Origin: Prasinococcaceae sp. CCMP 1430
Lineage: Eukaryota; Plantae; Prasinodermophyta
Direction: 5' to 3'
DNA: 64,000 nucleotides
Assembly: GCA_013416795.1 (NCBI GenBank)
Contig: RQSC01000027.1
Location: 525,165-589,164, forward strand
In this document: one piece after another, positions 9,365 through 21,972 of the stretch
Layout of the letters: every line of letters begins with the position of its first letter
Position numbering within the stretch: position 1 is the first letter of the stretch
Made by a program: the position numbers and the translations under genes
The notes under the pieces: generated by a model
The model's database searches: none
Told to the model about the DNA's origin: nothing
The model's input: only the letters and a program-made list of their open reading frames with translations

Positions 9365-12300
9365 TCAGATGAACATGTCGAGCTCGTGGCGCCTGTACGT
9401 GTTGCCCGTCTCCTCGTCGTCGGCCATCTCGGGGTAGTAGCCCACGAGCGCGGCCGCGCTGCCCACGTACAGGTTGTTGTACACCTTCCAGTACGTCTCG
9501 CGCACGCGGCGCGCCGGGTGGAAGAGCCCCGCGAGCGTGTAGTACAGAATGGGCTGTGGGCCGAGCGACACGCGCAGGGCGTCGATGGCGCCCATCATGG
9601 CGTTGATGAGGTGCGGGCTCGTCTCGAAGATGTTGGGCCATATGAGGTTGAGCAGGTGTGTGAGCGCGTCCTCGCAGCCCAGGCCCTGCACGCCGAGCGC
9701 CATGTGCTGCACGGTGGCGGCGGCCGTCTGGCGGTGCACGTGGTCGCGGTCGATGAGCGCATCCTCCAGCAGCGGCGTGACGGCGTAGATGTAGTCCTTG
9801 GCCATCTCGCCCACGTACTCGAAGAGGAAGCTCAGGGACTTGAGCACGCCGTTCTGCACATTTATCTCGGGCGTGCGGTACTCGTTGAGCAGCGCGGGCA
9901 GGACGGTGAAGGGCGAGCACGTCTCGGCCACGATGGCGATGGCCACGGTGGTGCACACGCGGTTCTGGCGCTCCTGCACCTTGAGATTGTTGAGCAGCGT
10001 GACCAGCACGTCCTGCGGGCCGATGGCCTTGGCGATGTACCCGAAGGTGCTCACGGTGGCGCGGCGGATGCCCTTCTTGTGCGCGCGGAGCATGTCGAGC
10101 AGGTCGAAGCAGATGCGCATCCACTCGCGCGCGGGCACGAACTCGGCGCCGCGGTCGGCGATGCGCCCCACCAGGTTGATGCACTCCTCCTGCACCTTCT
10201 CGTGGCGGTTCTTGAGGATGGGCGTCAGGCGCGGCAGGAGGTCCTTGATGGGCGGCGTCATGCGCGACATGCCGATGACGTTGACGATGCCCTTGAGCGC
10301 GCCGAGGTGCGAACCCAGCACCTCGGGGTACTCCTCGCCCAGGTTTTCGAAGATCACCACGCCCAGGTGCCCCATCAGCTGCTCCTCGTCGCAGTCGGCC
10401 ATCACGGGCGCGATGCGGGCGATGAGGTCCGACGCCTGCTGACGCACGGCCGCGCTCTTGTTGTTGAGGCGCCACTTGATCACGCCGACGATCTGCGGCA
10501 GATAGGCCTTGGTGCGCTTGCCCAGCGCGCTGACCACCTCGCCGAAGCCGTCCAGCATCACGCGCGTGTCCTCGCCCGCCTGCTCCTGGAAGGCGTACAG
10601 CATACCGTCCACCAGCAGCTCCTCCATGCGCGCGTCCAGGTCGGCCGCGCCAAGCTCCTTGACGACCGCCGCGATGGCCTCCATCACCATGCGGCGGTAG
10701 GGCTCCGCCTCGTCCTTGAGCCCCTCGACAATGCGAGACACCACGTCCGAGCATCCCACCTTGAAGCTGAGCTCCACGGTGGTCTCCACCACCTGTGCGT
10801 AGTTGCGCCGATCGAGCGCCATGCGGCGCACCCAGAAATGCTTGAAGAACTCGGGGAGCACCTCCTCGCGGACGTAGTCGGGCTCCACGCCGTCCGTGCC
10901 CACACACTGCTTGATCACCTTGAGGACGATCTTCTTCATCTCCTCGTCGGGCGAGGCGAACTCGCGGATGAGAACAGGCATGACCTCGCGTGTGTAGTAG
11001 TTGGCGTACATGGCGTCCATGAGCGGGATAATGAAGCCCACGGCCTTGAGGAACGCGGCCAGCGTCTTGCCGCGGTGCGTGCGGATGCCCTTCCACAGCG
11101 GCTTGAGCACCGTGTCGAAGCTCTCGATGCCGTACGGCGCGGCCGCCTCGGCGAGCGCCGACAGGCTCAGCGCGGTGATGGTGCGCACTTTTTGCTGCTC
11201 GTCGATGAGCCCGTGCTCGATGATGCCCACCAGCGCGCGCAGGTGCGGGAGCACGGCGCAGCCCAGGAGGATGGCGATCTGCTGCACAATCTTGACCCCC
11301 GTGTGGCGCGCCTGCCACGACTTCTTCGAAAGGCAGACGGCCTTCAAGAAGGGAAGCAGAGCGGGGATGCCAAGCGCGCTCGACACCACCGCGAAGGCGC
11401 GCGCGGTCGTGTTACGCACATACTCGTCGGGGTTGTCGATGTCGGGGCGCATCGCGGCGATCATTGTCGCCAGACCGGCGGCCTTGGCCAGGTTGGAGAT
11501 GATCTCCCTGCCCTCTACGCGCGCGTAGTAGTCCTCGTCGATGAGCAACGGCTCGATCACCACGAGGATCTTGTGCACAAACGGACGCACCAGCTCGTCC
11601 AGCTTGTACAGCACGCGGTCGATGACCTTCACGAGCAGGTGGCGCTCCTGGTCCTCCAGCGTGGGGCTCATCAGTAGCGGCAGGATCTGGTTGAAGAGCG
11701 GGCCGGCGCCGTACTCGCGCGCGCGGTCGGTGAGCGTGCGCAGCGCGACCTTGCGCTGCATCGTACTCCCGTTCTTCACCTTGAAGAGCAGCGTCATGAT
11801 CTTGCGGTCGCGCGCCTCCGCGGCGGACATGTCCTCTTCGTCGCGCTCGTCGAGAATTGCGCCGAAGTATTGCATGTCCTCGGGCTTCATGTCTGGCAGG
11901 CCGCCCGGCATCTCGCGCGGCATGTCAAATTGCTGCGTGTGATCCTCCTCCTGTATGGAGAAGCCGCTCGACATGGGCGCCGGGGTGGCCATGAGTTTGC
12001 GTGCGGGAGTCATGATGGGCACGTAGCCAGCCGGCGGCTCGAGGATCTTGTACCCCTCCGAGGGCAGCATGGCGTCGAGGTCCTCGTCGCTGAGCGGGCG
12101 GTTGCGGAGCATGAGCTCGCGCTCCAGGCCAGTCAACCCGGCCATAGTGCCGGGCGTCATCGAGCCGTCCGCGATGCCCATGTGCACGGGCGTCTCGCCG
12201 AACGCGCCCGCACCGACGACCGTCGCGCCGCCCGGTCCTACCATCGACCCCGCGCCCACGGGCGTCTCATCCCAGCGGCTGCGCCCGCGCCGCGGCGTGG

Positions 12301-13329
12301 CACCCGCGATGTCGCCAACGGCGCCCGCACCCGCCGGCGTCTCGTCCCAGCGGCTCCGCACCTGCGGGGTTGCGTCCACACCGCCGCCCGCGCCCGCGGG
12401 CGTCGCATCCCATCGGCTTTTGCGCGCTGGCGCCGGCGCCTCCAGCTCCCCCCACCGCGAACCTCCCAGCGCTGGCGCGCTGGCGCCGCCACCCGCGGCG
12501 TCGCCCGAGGGCCCCGCGTCCCACCTGCTGCGCTTGCGGGGCTTGGCCTCCGTTAACGCCGCGGGCGCTGCCTGCGTCGCTGCGCCGAGGCCGCTCACGT
12601 CCACGCCGTCGCGCTTTGCCTTGGCGATCCGCTGCAGCGCGTCGGCCTTTTCGCTCTCCAGCTGCGCGTCGCGCATGATCTCGCCATAGCTGCGGGCGTT
12701 GGCGCCCTCTCCGCGTTCCGGGCTCAGCGTGCGCTGCAGGCGGCGCTGCTTGTAGTCGGACTCGCGCTCCGTGATGCGCTGCCGGCCCCCGCCGAAGCCC
12801 TAAACGTCGCCACGTCGAGCAGAGCGGAGCGAGCGAGCGCGCACAACCGGCAAACGGGCGTGTGCACGGCACGCGGGACGCGGGCGGGACAAGCGCGCGA
12901 AGAGACATGTCAGAAACGAGCCTTCGCACGACCGAAGCTGCCGACGCGCACGCGCGGGCCGCGCCCATACCCCAGCCTACACCCTGTGCGACCCGCCTGC
13001 GCCGGCGCGCGCGCGCGCGCACGCGCTGAACGCACCTCGGGCAGCGTATCGTCTCGCACGTCGGCGCGCGCGATCTCGTCCATGATCGCCTTGGGTGCGG
13101 TGTAGCTGGAAAGCTTTTTCGCCACCGCGCCGCGCCCGTCCTCCCCTTCCTCTTCCATCTCGACGTCCGCGCCCCCGTCCGCGCCCACGTCGATGGACGC
13201 GTCATACTGTGCGCGCTCGTCCTCGTCCTCGCCGCCGCCCGCCCCGAGGCGCGTCGCGCCCGCCGCGAGCGCGACGCGCGCGGCGCCCGCGGCGCCGGCC
13301 GCCTCGCACGCCACCGCGACCGATCCCAT
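9365..13329 (-). CDS. SF3B1: Splicing factor 3B subunit 1; intron 12800-13035
   Basis: RWDETP (ULM) repeats, '[15 protein letters not shown]', and a near-invariant HEAT region ending 'RHELDMFI'. The spliced upstream exon is in frame. TGTAA on the minus strand at 9317-9321. Confidence 0.97.
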
Positions 13330-14100
13330 CGCGTCCCAAGCCGGGGACCTCCCGCTGGATCCCCCTCCACACCCCCCACACACCCACCCCACACACCCCA
13401 GCAGCCACGCGCCCGCACGAGTGCGCGCGCGCGGGGTCTGGCGCGCGCGCGCGCATTTCCCGCCAAACGCGCGCGAAAACATTGGGTTTCCACAGACCCC
13501 AAATGTCATCTCTCGAAATGAACTACAGAAAACATCAGAGACGCGCGCCGCGGCAGACCCTAACCTCGGGCGCGCGCGCGAAACGCACCGCCGGGGCGCG
13601 CGCGTGCGTTTTGACCGGACATCAGGGTCTCTCTCCCGGCGGGTCGGCGCCGAAAGCGCATTCACAAATGCCATCAAACTTCCCAAACCGTAACATATGG
13701 AAGGCGAGGTTTGGGGTCAGGCTGCCACGTCAGCCTCCTGCGCGATGCTCATCGAAAACCTGCCAACGGCCGAGCCGAAGGCGAGGCCGCCCATCGACCC
13801 CGATCTGGCCCGGCACCACCCGGGTCTTCGCGTTTTTTTTCCCAGATAAAGCGGGGTAATATGGGTGTGTCCCCGCGCATACCGGGGGAAAGCGGACGAA
13901 CCGCCGTTCTGACGCCCGGGCGATCGAAAAAAAAAAAAAAAGCCGGTCGTTCGTCACACCCTCTTTCGAGCTCGAGGCGTGTGTGCTGGGATTGGCGCGC
14001 AAACAAACAAAAGAAAAACCGGCGCCCATCGAAACGCATTGCAAACGGAGGCAACCCTAAAATCCCCCCAGCGAGCGCACGCGGATTCAGACTGGCCAGA

Positions 14101-15126
14101 TTACGTCGCCTGGGCGACGGTGAGCTCGTCCGAGCCGTACCGCCTCAAGCTGAATATCCGCCGCAGCAGCCCGTCGTCCCTCCGGTCCTCGGGCTCGGCC
14201 CACTGCTCGCACCTCCAGCCGCGCTCCCTCGCGATGGCGCCGAGGCGCGCGTCTGCGTTGACGGCGACGGCCTCGCCGACGGCCTCGAGCATCTCGAGGT
14301 CCGCGAACCCGTCGCCGTAAGCGACGGACTCCTCCATCACGATTCCCTGCGCAAGGCCGCCGCGTGGTGCGCGCATTCCCAGCGCACGCGCATGAAGCGC
14401 GTTGTCAGTTGGGCTCCAGCAAAGCACGGCCATCGCAGGGGTGTGCGTGCGTGAGCGTGCGCATCGCGTGCCGCATGAATGGACGCTCACCTTCTCCTCC
14501 GCCAGCTGCAACATGCGCTTCGCCTTCTCCTTGTCCGACACCGGCGCGCCCAGGATCTTGCCCGTCAGCCTCGCGTCCTCGTCCTCCTCAAGGCTGGCGG
14601 CGATCATTACGTCGACGCCCAGAGCCACCGCGAGGGGGCGCGCGAGGAAGTCGAGGGAGCCTGTGACCAGCACCAGCACATAACCCGCCTCGCGCAGCCG
14701 CTCCATCTCGGCGCGCGCCGCGGGACGTACACGTGGCGCGAAGTACTCCCTGTGGACGTACTCGGCGAAGGGGCGCTTGAACGATGCGTGTCGACCCTTG
14801 TACGACGCGTAGAACACGCGCTGGAAGAGCGCGCGGTCGAGCCTGTCGAGGACCTTGTATGCGACGGCCTTGAGCGCGAAGTACGGTACCCACAGCAGTC
14901 GGTGGAGCAGGGGCATCTCGGCGAGCTTGAGGAACACGTAGGGCATCACTACGTTGGACTTGAGGAGCGTGCCGTCCACGTCGAAAAACGCCGCCCTACG
15001 TTCGCCCGCTGGCGGGAAGTCGACGCGCCGCCCACGGCGCCCCGCGCTCGCGCGTGTGCGCGCGCCCCCGCCAGCCCAGCGCGCGCCGACGCCCGCCAAC
15101 GGCGCCCCGGGCTGGCACGCCGCCAT
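14101..15126 (-). CDS. HAD-superfamily IB (SerB/PSPase-like) hydrolase; in-frame intron 14347-14490
   Basis: Motif I 'FFDVDGTL', motif II 'LVTGS', a conserved Lys, and motif IV 'AYGDGFADLEML..VG.AVAVN'. Organellar-targeting-like N-terminus. Confidence 0.88.
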   Translation of the reverse strand: MAACQPGAPLAGVGARWAGGGARTRASAGRRGRRVDFPPAGERRAAFFDVDGTLLKSNVVMPYVFLKLAEMPLLHRLLWVPYFALKAVAYKVLDRLDRALFQRVFYASYKGRHASFKRPFAEYVHREYFAPRVRPAARAEMERLREAGYVLVLVTGSLDFLARPLAVALGVDVMIAASLEEDEDARLTGKILGAPVSDKEKAKRMLQLAEEKVSVHSCGTRCARSRTHTPAMAVLCWSPTDNALHARALGMRAPRGGLAQGIVMEESVAYGDGFADLEMLEAVGEAVAVNADARLGAIARERGWRCEQWAEPEDRRDDGLLRRIFSLRRYGSDELTVAQAT

Positions 15127-15332
15127 CGCGCGCACCGCCTGCCCTATCCCCTTTCAAATTCGCGTGTGAGCGGTGAGTGTGCGTGCGCGTTAGGTTGCCA
15201 GGTGGGTGGAGGTGGGCGGGTGGGGTGGGGGAGGGCGAGATGGGGTGACGTGTGTGGGTGGGTGGCGGGCTGGCCTGAGAACCGGGGTGGTGGTGAATGC
15301 CACCCTCCCCTTCCGTTCCACGCTCTCTCGCT

Positions 15333-15355
15333 CACACACACACACACACACACAC
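15333..15355. repeat. (CA)n microsatellite
   Basis: About 11 CA units. Confidence 0.9.
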
Positions 15356-15881
15356 GCTCACACACTCACACCGACCCCTCCCCCCCCCCTGCGCGTGCGC
15401 GCCCCGCCCCGGTTCCCCGTCCTCCGGATCGCGCGCGCGCTGTGTGGCTCACGCGCCTGCGCGCGCGCGCGCGCTCGACGCCGCCGCGCTGAGCTGGCGC
15501 CCTGGCCGGCGCTCGGAACAACCCAAACCCCGCGCGTGCCTGCTGGATGGGGAAAAGTACGTCACAACGCATTCAATTATATACCCTATTTGCATTGCAC
15601 GAGACCCTAAACAGCGGAGTGGCGGCGTGCGTGCGTTCTGTAGGTGGGCTCTGAGAGCGCGGCGGCGCCGCCGAGCGCCACCCCCCCCTCTCACCCCCAC
15701 CCCCCAGCAGGCCTGGGCGGCCGGGCGGGCCGCCGCGCTGGGCGTCAGAGGGCGCGCTGCGCACGCGTGGCGGAGGGAAGGGGAAGGGAGGTGGGGGAAG
15801 GGGCGGGCCGCGGACGAAAGGGGACGCCTGCGGGCAAGGGGTGGAGGGGCACACGGCGCTGCACGCTGCGGGCGCGCACGG

Positions 15882-16479
15882 ATGTTCCGGCTGCCCGTCG
15901 AGAGCGACACGGCGTTCGAGGCGCTGAACCTCTCGTTGGTGGGCTGGGTCCTGCTGGCGTTCGCGCCGCGCTGGCGGCGCACGCCGGCGATCACGCTCGC
16001 GATCGCCGCAGCGTCCTCAGTGCTTTACGTCTGCCTCGCTGTGGAGGGGGTGCTCGGGGGCGCGGGCACGCAGCCTGAGGGCGCGGGCTTCGGGTCGCTG
16101 CAGGCGGTGTCCGCGCTCTTCTCGAAGGAGCGCAACGTGCTCGCGGGCTGGACGCACTACATTGCCTACGGTGCGAGCGAGCGAGCGTCACGTCGCTGAG
16201 CGCGCGCCCCGCTGCCTGGTCCTTCCGCTCGGGGGTGGCTCTCGGCTGACCCGCGCTGGCGCCGCTGAACGCACACGCCCTTGCCCACGTCCCGGACCAG
16301 ATCTCCTCGTTGCACGCGGATGCGTCCTAGACGCACAGACGCGCGGCGTGCCGTGGCCACTGGTGTCCTTGCTGCTACCGCTGTTCCTCATGGCTGGCCC
16401 AGTTGGGCTCGTCGCATACCTGGCGCTGGCGTCATTCTACCCCGTGCGAGCAGCCAGCCGTGCTCGCAAGACCGAGTGA
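15882..16479 (+). CDS. ABA4-like / DUF4281 membrane protein; intron 16171-16300
   Basis: 'FAPRWRRT', 'FGSLQAV..LF', 'AGWTHYIAY|DLLVAR' and 'LMAGPVGL' are family motifs. Splice phase is consistent. Confidence 0.85.
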
Positions 16480-16526
16480 GCGCCGTGCGCGCCGCCCTAC
16501 GCGTTCGCAAATGCAGCGACGTGGCG

Positions 16527-17352
16527 ATGGGGCAGGCCATGGCGGTTGGCACGTGGGCGTTGGCCGCATTTATGCTGTTGTGGATCATTGTGCTCCCTGG
16601 ATCGCTGTGGGGCGGTGCCGCGTCGCTGCGTGCCCTTGGTCAGGAACCCCTTGCAGGTGCGCGAGCGAGCGTGCGTCTGCGCGGGAGCAGTGCACGCACT
16701 CCCCTCGAGCACCGAGGAGGCACCGCTGACCCGCTGAATTTGCGTGTTCGCCACAGTTTCAGAGGCCAACCTCTTGCATCTCGTCACAAAGTTCGCGCCG
16801 CATGCAGACGTGCGCCTGCTCCACCACGCCGCGAGTGCCCTGTGGGCAGCGCTCGTGCCTCTGCAGCTCTCGCGCTCGCTGCGCGTGGCCTACCCTGCCG
16901 CGCACAGGTGGTCAGGCAGAGTCATGGCGCTCCTGGCGATGCCGATCATGGTAGGCTTTGTCCTGATCATGAGGCGTGGCTTGACGTATGACGCCACGTT
17001 TGGCGGCAAAGTACCTGTCGTGTTCCAGGTGGCCCTCTATTTTGTGGGCGTGGCTTTCAGCGCGGCAGCTGCGCTCACGGCGTCACACGCCCGAGCCCGA
17101 CGCATACACAAGCACCGAGCGTGGGCCAGGCGCTACGTGGCCTTGGGCGGATGGGTGGCTGCGCAGCGCGTGCTCGTGCTGTTGAGCGTGCCGGTGGTGA
17201 GCGCCCTCTCGGGCGGGGTTTTGAGCGCGGAGCATGGCAAGCTCATATTCGAGTACTGCGGGCTGGCGGGTATCGCGTTGTGCCTCTGGGCCGCCGAGGC
17301 GGCCAATGCGGAGGACGCGCGGGCTGCGGCCACCTCATCAAGCACCGTATGA
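16527..17352 (+). CDS. DUF2306-like multi-pass membrane protein; intron 16657-16756
   Basis: Several TM segments with 'PLQLS...HRWSGR' and 'HRAWARR'. The splice restores the frame. Confidence 0.7.
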
Positions 17353-17371
17353 TACAACACTCAGTGACGCA

Positions 17372-20316
17372 TCAGATCGAGTTCCTTCGGGCGGGGAGCC
17401 AGCTCTGGCGGCGTGCCCCTGATTCAGCGTAAGTTTCAGGGAGCGCGTGCGTGGCCGGGTGTCTGCTGGCACCGTATGGAGATGGCAGGTCGTCATTGCC
17501 GGACTTCTCGAAGGGCAGAAAGGCGAACTCGGAGTCGCCGTCGGCGACCTCGTGCGAGCGCACAGGCAAGAAGCTGCGAAGAGAATTGTCAGCGCACGCA
17601 ACTTTGTGCTCGAACTCAGCTGCGCCTTGGGTGCATCGAGCTGCGTGCACGCCTTCTCCTGTGCTCGTGCACGCGCATGCGCACGCACGAGCAACGAGCA
17701 CGCGCGCGCGCACCTCGGCTGGCGCCACCCAAAGATTCTGAAGACCCTTGACAGAATGTGCAATGTACCCTCGTTTTCGTCCTCCTTGAGGGCGAGTGGT
17801 CGCATAATCAGGCCACAGCGCTTGCCGCCCACGCATACCGCAGCACAGAACGCCAGGCCTAGCACGAGCGCCGCACCCGAGATTGCGCCCACTGCAAGCT
17901 GGCGCGTCGGGCGCCACGCTTGTGGCGGGCTCGGTGGCGGGCTCGGTGGTTGGCTTGGGGGTGGACTGGGCGGCGGGCTCGGCGGTGGTGGGCTGGGCGG
18001 TGGGCTGATGAGCCACTCGATTTGCACGTCTTCAACCCGTGTGAGCCCAAGTAGGGACATCACGCCGTCGGCTGCCATGCCAGCGCCACCGGAAGCAACG
18101 ACGCCGACTCCTCCGCCGATCAGCCCACTGTCAAGAGCGATAAGTGCGTTCAGTATGATTGCCTCAGCGAATCCCTGCGTGCTTTGCGTCCCGTTGAGTG
18201 AGTTGACGCGGTCGGTGACATCAGCGGCGGGGGTAAGAGTTTCGGCCAATGCAGCCCAGGCGGTGCTTGCGGTGATGCTGTTCCGGGCGCGGCCGCCGGC
18301 GGAGCCACTGCCCCGGCCCGCTTGGTCATCCATTGTCGCGAGAGACGCTGTATGCACGCGGATGCCATGATATGCTGTCGTCCCCGTGTCGACACCCACC
18401 CCAATATCTGCGCTTGCACCGTCCCTGGAAATGATCTCCGGGTGCCACTCGACGGCGTGTGGCGACAGATTGTGCACCTCGCCGACGAGCGACGTCCACA
18501 TCGAGTCGAACAGAGCACGTGATGGCGAGTGAGGGCCCAGGTCATGCCCGTCCATCCCGTCAAATACCGCATCGAAGCTCAGTCGCGCGGCGCCACGAGA
18601 TGGAGGTGGGGGAGGTGCACTTTGGCGCACAGCAGGCGACCAGCGCGCGCGCGCGCGTGGCGTTGTCGTGCGCGTCAGTCATAACGTGCAGGGCAAAGCG
18701 TGGACGCAAACGCGCGCAAAAGCTCGCGTGACATACATCGGTGGGGTGCTTGGCGGCGAAATCGGTGGCGATGCCACGCGCGCAAAAGCTCGCGTGACAT
18801 ACATCGGTGGAGGGATTGGCGGCGAGGCCGGTGGCGACGTGGGCGGTGGCCTGGGTGGCGACAAAGGCGGAGGATGAGGCGGTGGCATTGGTGGTGGGCT
18901 TGGCGGGAGTGAGGGTGGTTGCCCTGGTGGTGGACTCGGCGGTGGAGAGGGCGGAGGACTCGGGGGTGGAGAGGGCGGTGATGATGGAGGTGGGGGCGGC
19001 GGGTGCGTAGGTGGTGGTTGCGGCGGCGGGCTCGATGGCGGGCTCGACGGTGGGGTGCTCGGTGGTTGACTTGGCGGTGGGTGTGGCGGTTGTGACGGCG
19101 GAGCGCTCGGCGGAGGACTTGGTGGCGGCGCGGGCGGTGGCGTCGGTGGAGGGTACGGCGGTGGCGATGGCGGTGCACTGGGTGGTGGTGATGGTGGTGG
19201 TGATGGTGGTGGCGTTGGTGGCACACTTGGCGGCGGAGGACTCGGAGGAGGAGGTGGGCTCGGTGGACTTGGAGGTGGGGGAGGACATGAAAACGATGAA
19301 TCGGGGTGTGTGCAAGGAGCTGGCGGCGGGCTTGGCGGCGGCGGTGGGCTCGGTGGAAGGCTCGGCGGAGGGCTTGGCGGTTGTCCTGGTGGAGGATTTG
19401 GTGGAGGAGTAGGCGGCGAACTCGGTGGCATGTGTGGAGGCAGCGACGGTGGCTGTGATGGAGGAGACGAGGGCTGCGGGCTCGGTGGCAGGCTCGGTGG
19501 AGGACTCGGCGGCGGGCGCGGCGGCAGGCTCGGCGGTGGCCCCGGCGGCGGGCTCGGCGGTGGCCCCGGCGGTGGACTAGGCGGCGGAGATGGCGGCGCG
19601 CTGGGTGGTGGAGACGGAGGTTGGCTTGGTGGCATGCTCGGCGGTGGGCTTGGTGGCAGAGAAGGAGGCGGTGACGGCGGAACACTTGGAGGCGGGCTCG
19701 GTGGTGGGCTCGGCGGCGGGCCCGGCGGTGGACTCGGCGGCGGGCTGGGTGGGGGCGTAGGAGGTGGGTGCGGCGGCGGTTGAGGCGGCGGGCTCGGCGG
19801 CGGACAGTCACCGCCTGCGCCATCAGAGCCCCGCCCCCGTGCCAACGACAGCGTGCTTTGAGTCAGAAACCCTGTGACAATGCCAAACGGGCGCGAGCAC
19901 GAAAGCATGCACGCACCATCCCACTCGCACTCCGCCGTGTTTTGCAACTCGTCGCAGTTCCCGTCGCCGAGCCGAAAGCCGACACCAATGCAGGGCGCTG
20001 GCCCCAGGCAATCACCGCCATCGTATTCGAACGCCGAGCAGTTGAGGTGGCCGTTGTCTGCGGTCACCGCTTCGGTGACGCACGCGCCGTCGCCCTTGGC
20101 CAGGCCAAGCATGCAGTACCTGCTGGTGCAATCCACAAAGTAGTAGCCGCATGGCAAGATGGAGAAGAGGTCGCAGCAGTCGGTTGCAGCGGGCATACCG
20201 GCCGGCATAGGGGGCATCTGCGCGCGGGTCGCAGGCGCGTGAGCAAGTACAGCGAGGACAGGCACGCCTGCCGCGAACATGACCGAGCGCTGCATGCCTG
20301 CACGCCGTCGGCCCAT
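17372..20316 (-). CDS. Extensin-like (SPn-repeat) type I membrane glycoprotein with N-terminal LNR-like Cys repeats; introns 19815-19916, 18620-18736 (alternative donor 18802), 17574-17713
   Basis: Signal peptide; two 'GDGxC..N...CxxDGGDC' units; long SPPP/PPSPP shaft; globular region; short second SP tract; TM 'LAVGAISGAALVLGLAFCAAVC'. All three splices are phase-consistent. Confidence 0.75.
18810..19802 (-). repeat. Coding Ser-Pro(n) repeat tract
   Basis: Degenerate GGCGGCGGGCTC/GGTGGT repeats encoding PPPSPPPS. Confidence 0.9.
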
Positions 20317-20983
20317 CGCAGGTGCCCCTTGTTCCGCGCACGTGGTGCGCTCCACCTGCCGCGTATCAACCGTGCGCCGCGCCTCGTCCCCGAGCGCACC
20401 TCGCACTGCGCACTGCGCACGCGAAGTGTCGCCCGCTGCCCCCCGTGCCCAACCCAACCCATCCCTTCTCGCACCCACGCGTCCTCCCCCTTCCCTTGCC
20501 TGAGCCCACCCCGCGCCCTCGGCGGCCGCGGCCCTGCGCGGAGGGCAAGCGCCCTCAATCCCCATGCCCCACACCCTCCCGTCCGCCACGCGCCCGTTCA
20601 TGCGTGACCGCAGGAGACGAAGGGGCACATTTCACATTTGCCACGATTTCGGTTTTGTCAGTCAAACCCAAACAAAATGCGCGCCGATCAAGGTAATTCA
20701 CATTCGAGACATCGCTCATGAAACCCTAGCTTCTCGGGGCGAGCCGGTGCGCTCTCACGCGCGCTCGGGGGAACACGCGGCCCGCTCGGCCGCCTGCGCC
20801 GGCGCGCGGGTGCGCGGGTCTGCGTGCGCGCGTCGGGGCCAGGGCAGGTGGGGAAGCAGGAGGGCGCACGGGAGGGAGGGAAAGGGATGGAGGGGAGAGG
20901 AGAGAGGGGCTCGCGGCGGCGCGAGCTGGCACTCGCGCGCGCGCGAGCGCGCGCGCCCGTGCGCGGCGCTCAGCGGCACGGCG

Positions 20984-21916
20984 ATGTGCGACCTGGACGA
21001 GGAGGCGCGCGAGCGCGCCGCGTTCCTCGGGGTGCCAATGGCAGACACTGACAGCGATAGCGACAGTGACAGCGACAGTGACAGGGACAGCGCAATCGAA
21101 GGTGATGGTGATGCGAGCCGTAGGCCGCGCGCTCACCAAACCTCCGGCGCGCGAGAGGCCGCCGAGCGCCGCGCAGCGTACGCGCAGGCGCGAGCCGAGC
21201 GCGCGTACGTCGCGGGCCAGGCAGCGAGCCTCGCGGCGGCGCAGCAGGCCAGCGCGGCAGACGAGGCGATGCATGCCGCGATGAGCCGTGCAACAGTGGG
21301 TGACTACCAGCGTGCTGCCTGTTGTGGTGAGGGGATGGACGAGCGTCGCAAGGCCAGGCAAGAGGCGGAGGTAATTCCGCCGCTCTGCGTGCGGACGCTG
21401 CTCGAGCGCGCGTGTGCGCGAGCGGGAGTCGCTAACACGAGCACGCGCGCATGCACCTGCGCAACTCTCCAGGCGCGTGCTGAACGAGAACGTCGCAATG
21501 CGGCGGAGTTTGCCGGCGCGCGCGAAGTGCGGTTGCGCGAGGAGGCAGCCGCACGCGTCGCCCGGCGTGCTGCGCTGTGGGACGCGCACGAGGCCGCGTG
21601 GGACGCGCTGCCCGCACACGGCGTGGCGAGCGCGGAGACAGTCGTGCCGTGGCCGCCAGCACCGGACAACATCCTAGGAGGCATGATGTCGGCGCGCGGG
21701 CGTAGACGCGCACAGCTGTCAGATTCGCGAAAGGGCGGCAACGCCGGGTGGAAGGCTGCCTATCGCGTGGCCATGCAGCGTTGGCATCCCGACAAGTTCA
21801 GCACGCGCTTTGCGGCGGTTTTCGGGGATGACAAGGACGCAGCACTGGAGGCGGCGGCGCGATGCTCTACCATCGCGCAGGCGATCACCGCCGAGTGGGG
21901 CACGCGGATCAAGTGA
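20984..21916 (+). CDS. NFKBIL1-like protein with C-terminal J-domain-like WHPDKF; in-frame intron 21371-21472
   Basis: DS repeat, coiled coil, 'VPWP' and 'MQRWHPDKF'. Intron has GTAATT donor, GCTAAC branch site and CAG acceptor. TGTAA at 21949. Confidence 0.7.
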   Translation: MCDLDEEARERAAFLGVPMADTDSDSDSDSDSDRDSAIEGDGDASRRPRAHQTSGAREAAERRAAYAQARAERAYVAGQAASLAAAQQASAADEAMHAAMSRATVGDYQRAACCGEGMDERRKARQEAEVIPPLCVRTLLERACARAGVANTSTRACTCATLQARAERERRNAAEFAGAREVRLREEAAARVARRAALWDAHEAAWDALPAHGVASAETVVPWPPAPDNILGGMMSARGRRRAQLSDSRKGGNAGWKAAYRVAMQRWHPDKFSTRFAAVFGDDKDAALEAAARCSTIAQAITAEWGTRIK

Positions 21917-21972
21917 GCCACGACGCATGTGCGAACTCAAAATCCCAATGTAATACAGCATTTGGTGCAGCA

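Noticed and set aside
9314-11677. Long antisense and alternative-frame ORFs (also 23539-26208, 55414-57093 and others)
   Set aside because: Shadow ORFs caused by high GC3 opposite well-conserved genes.
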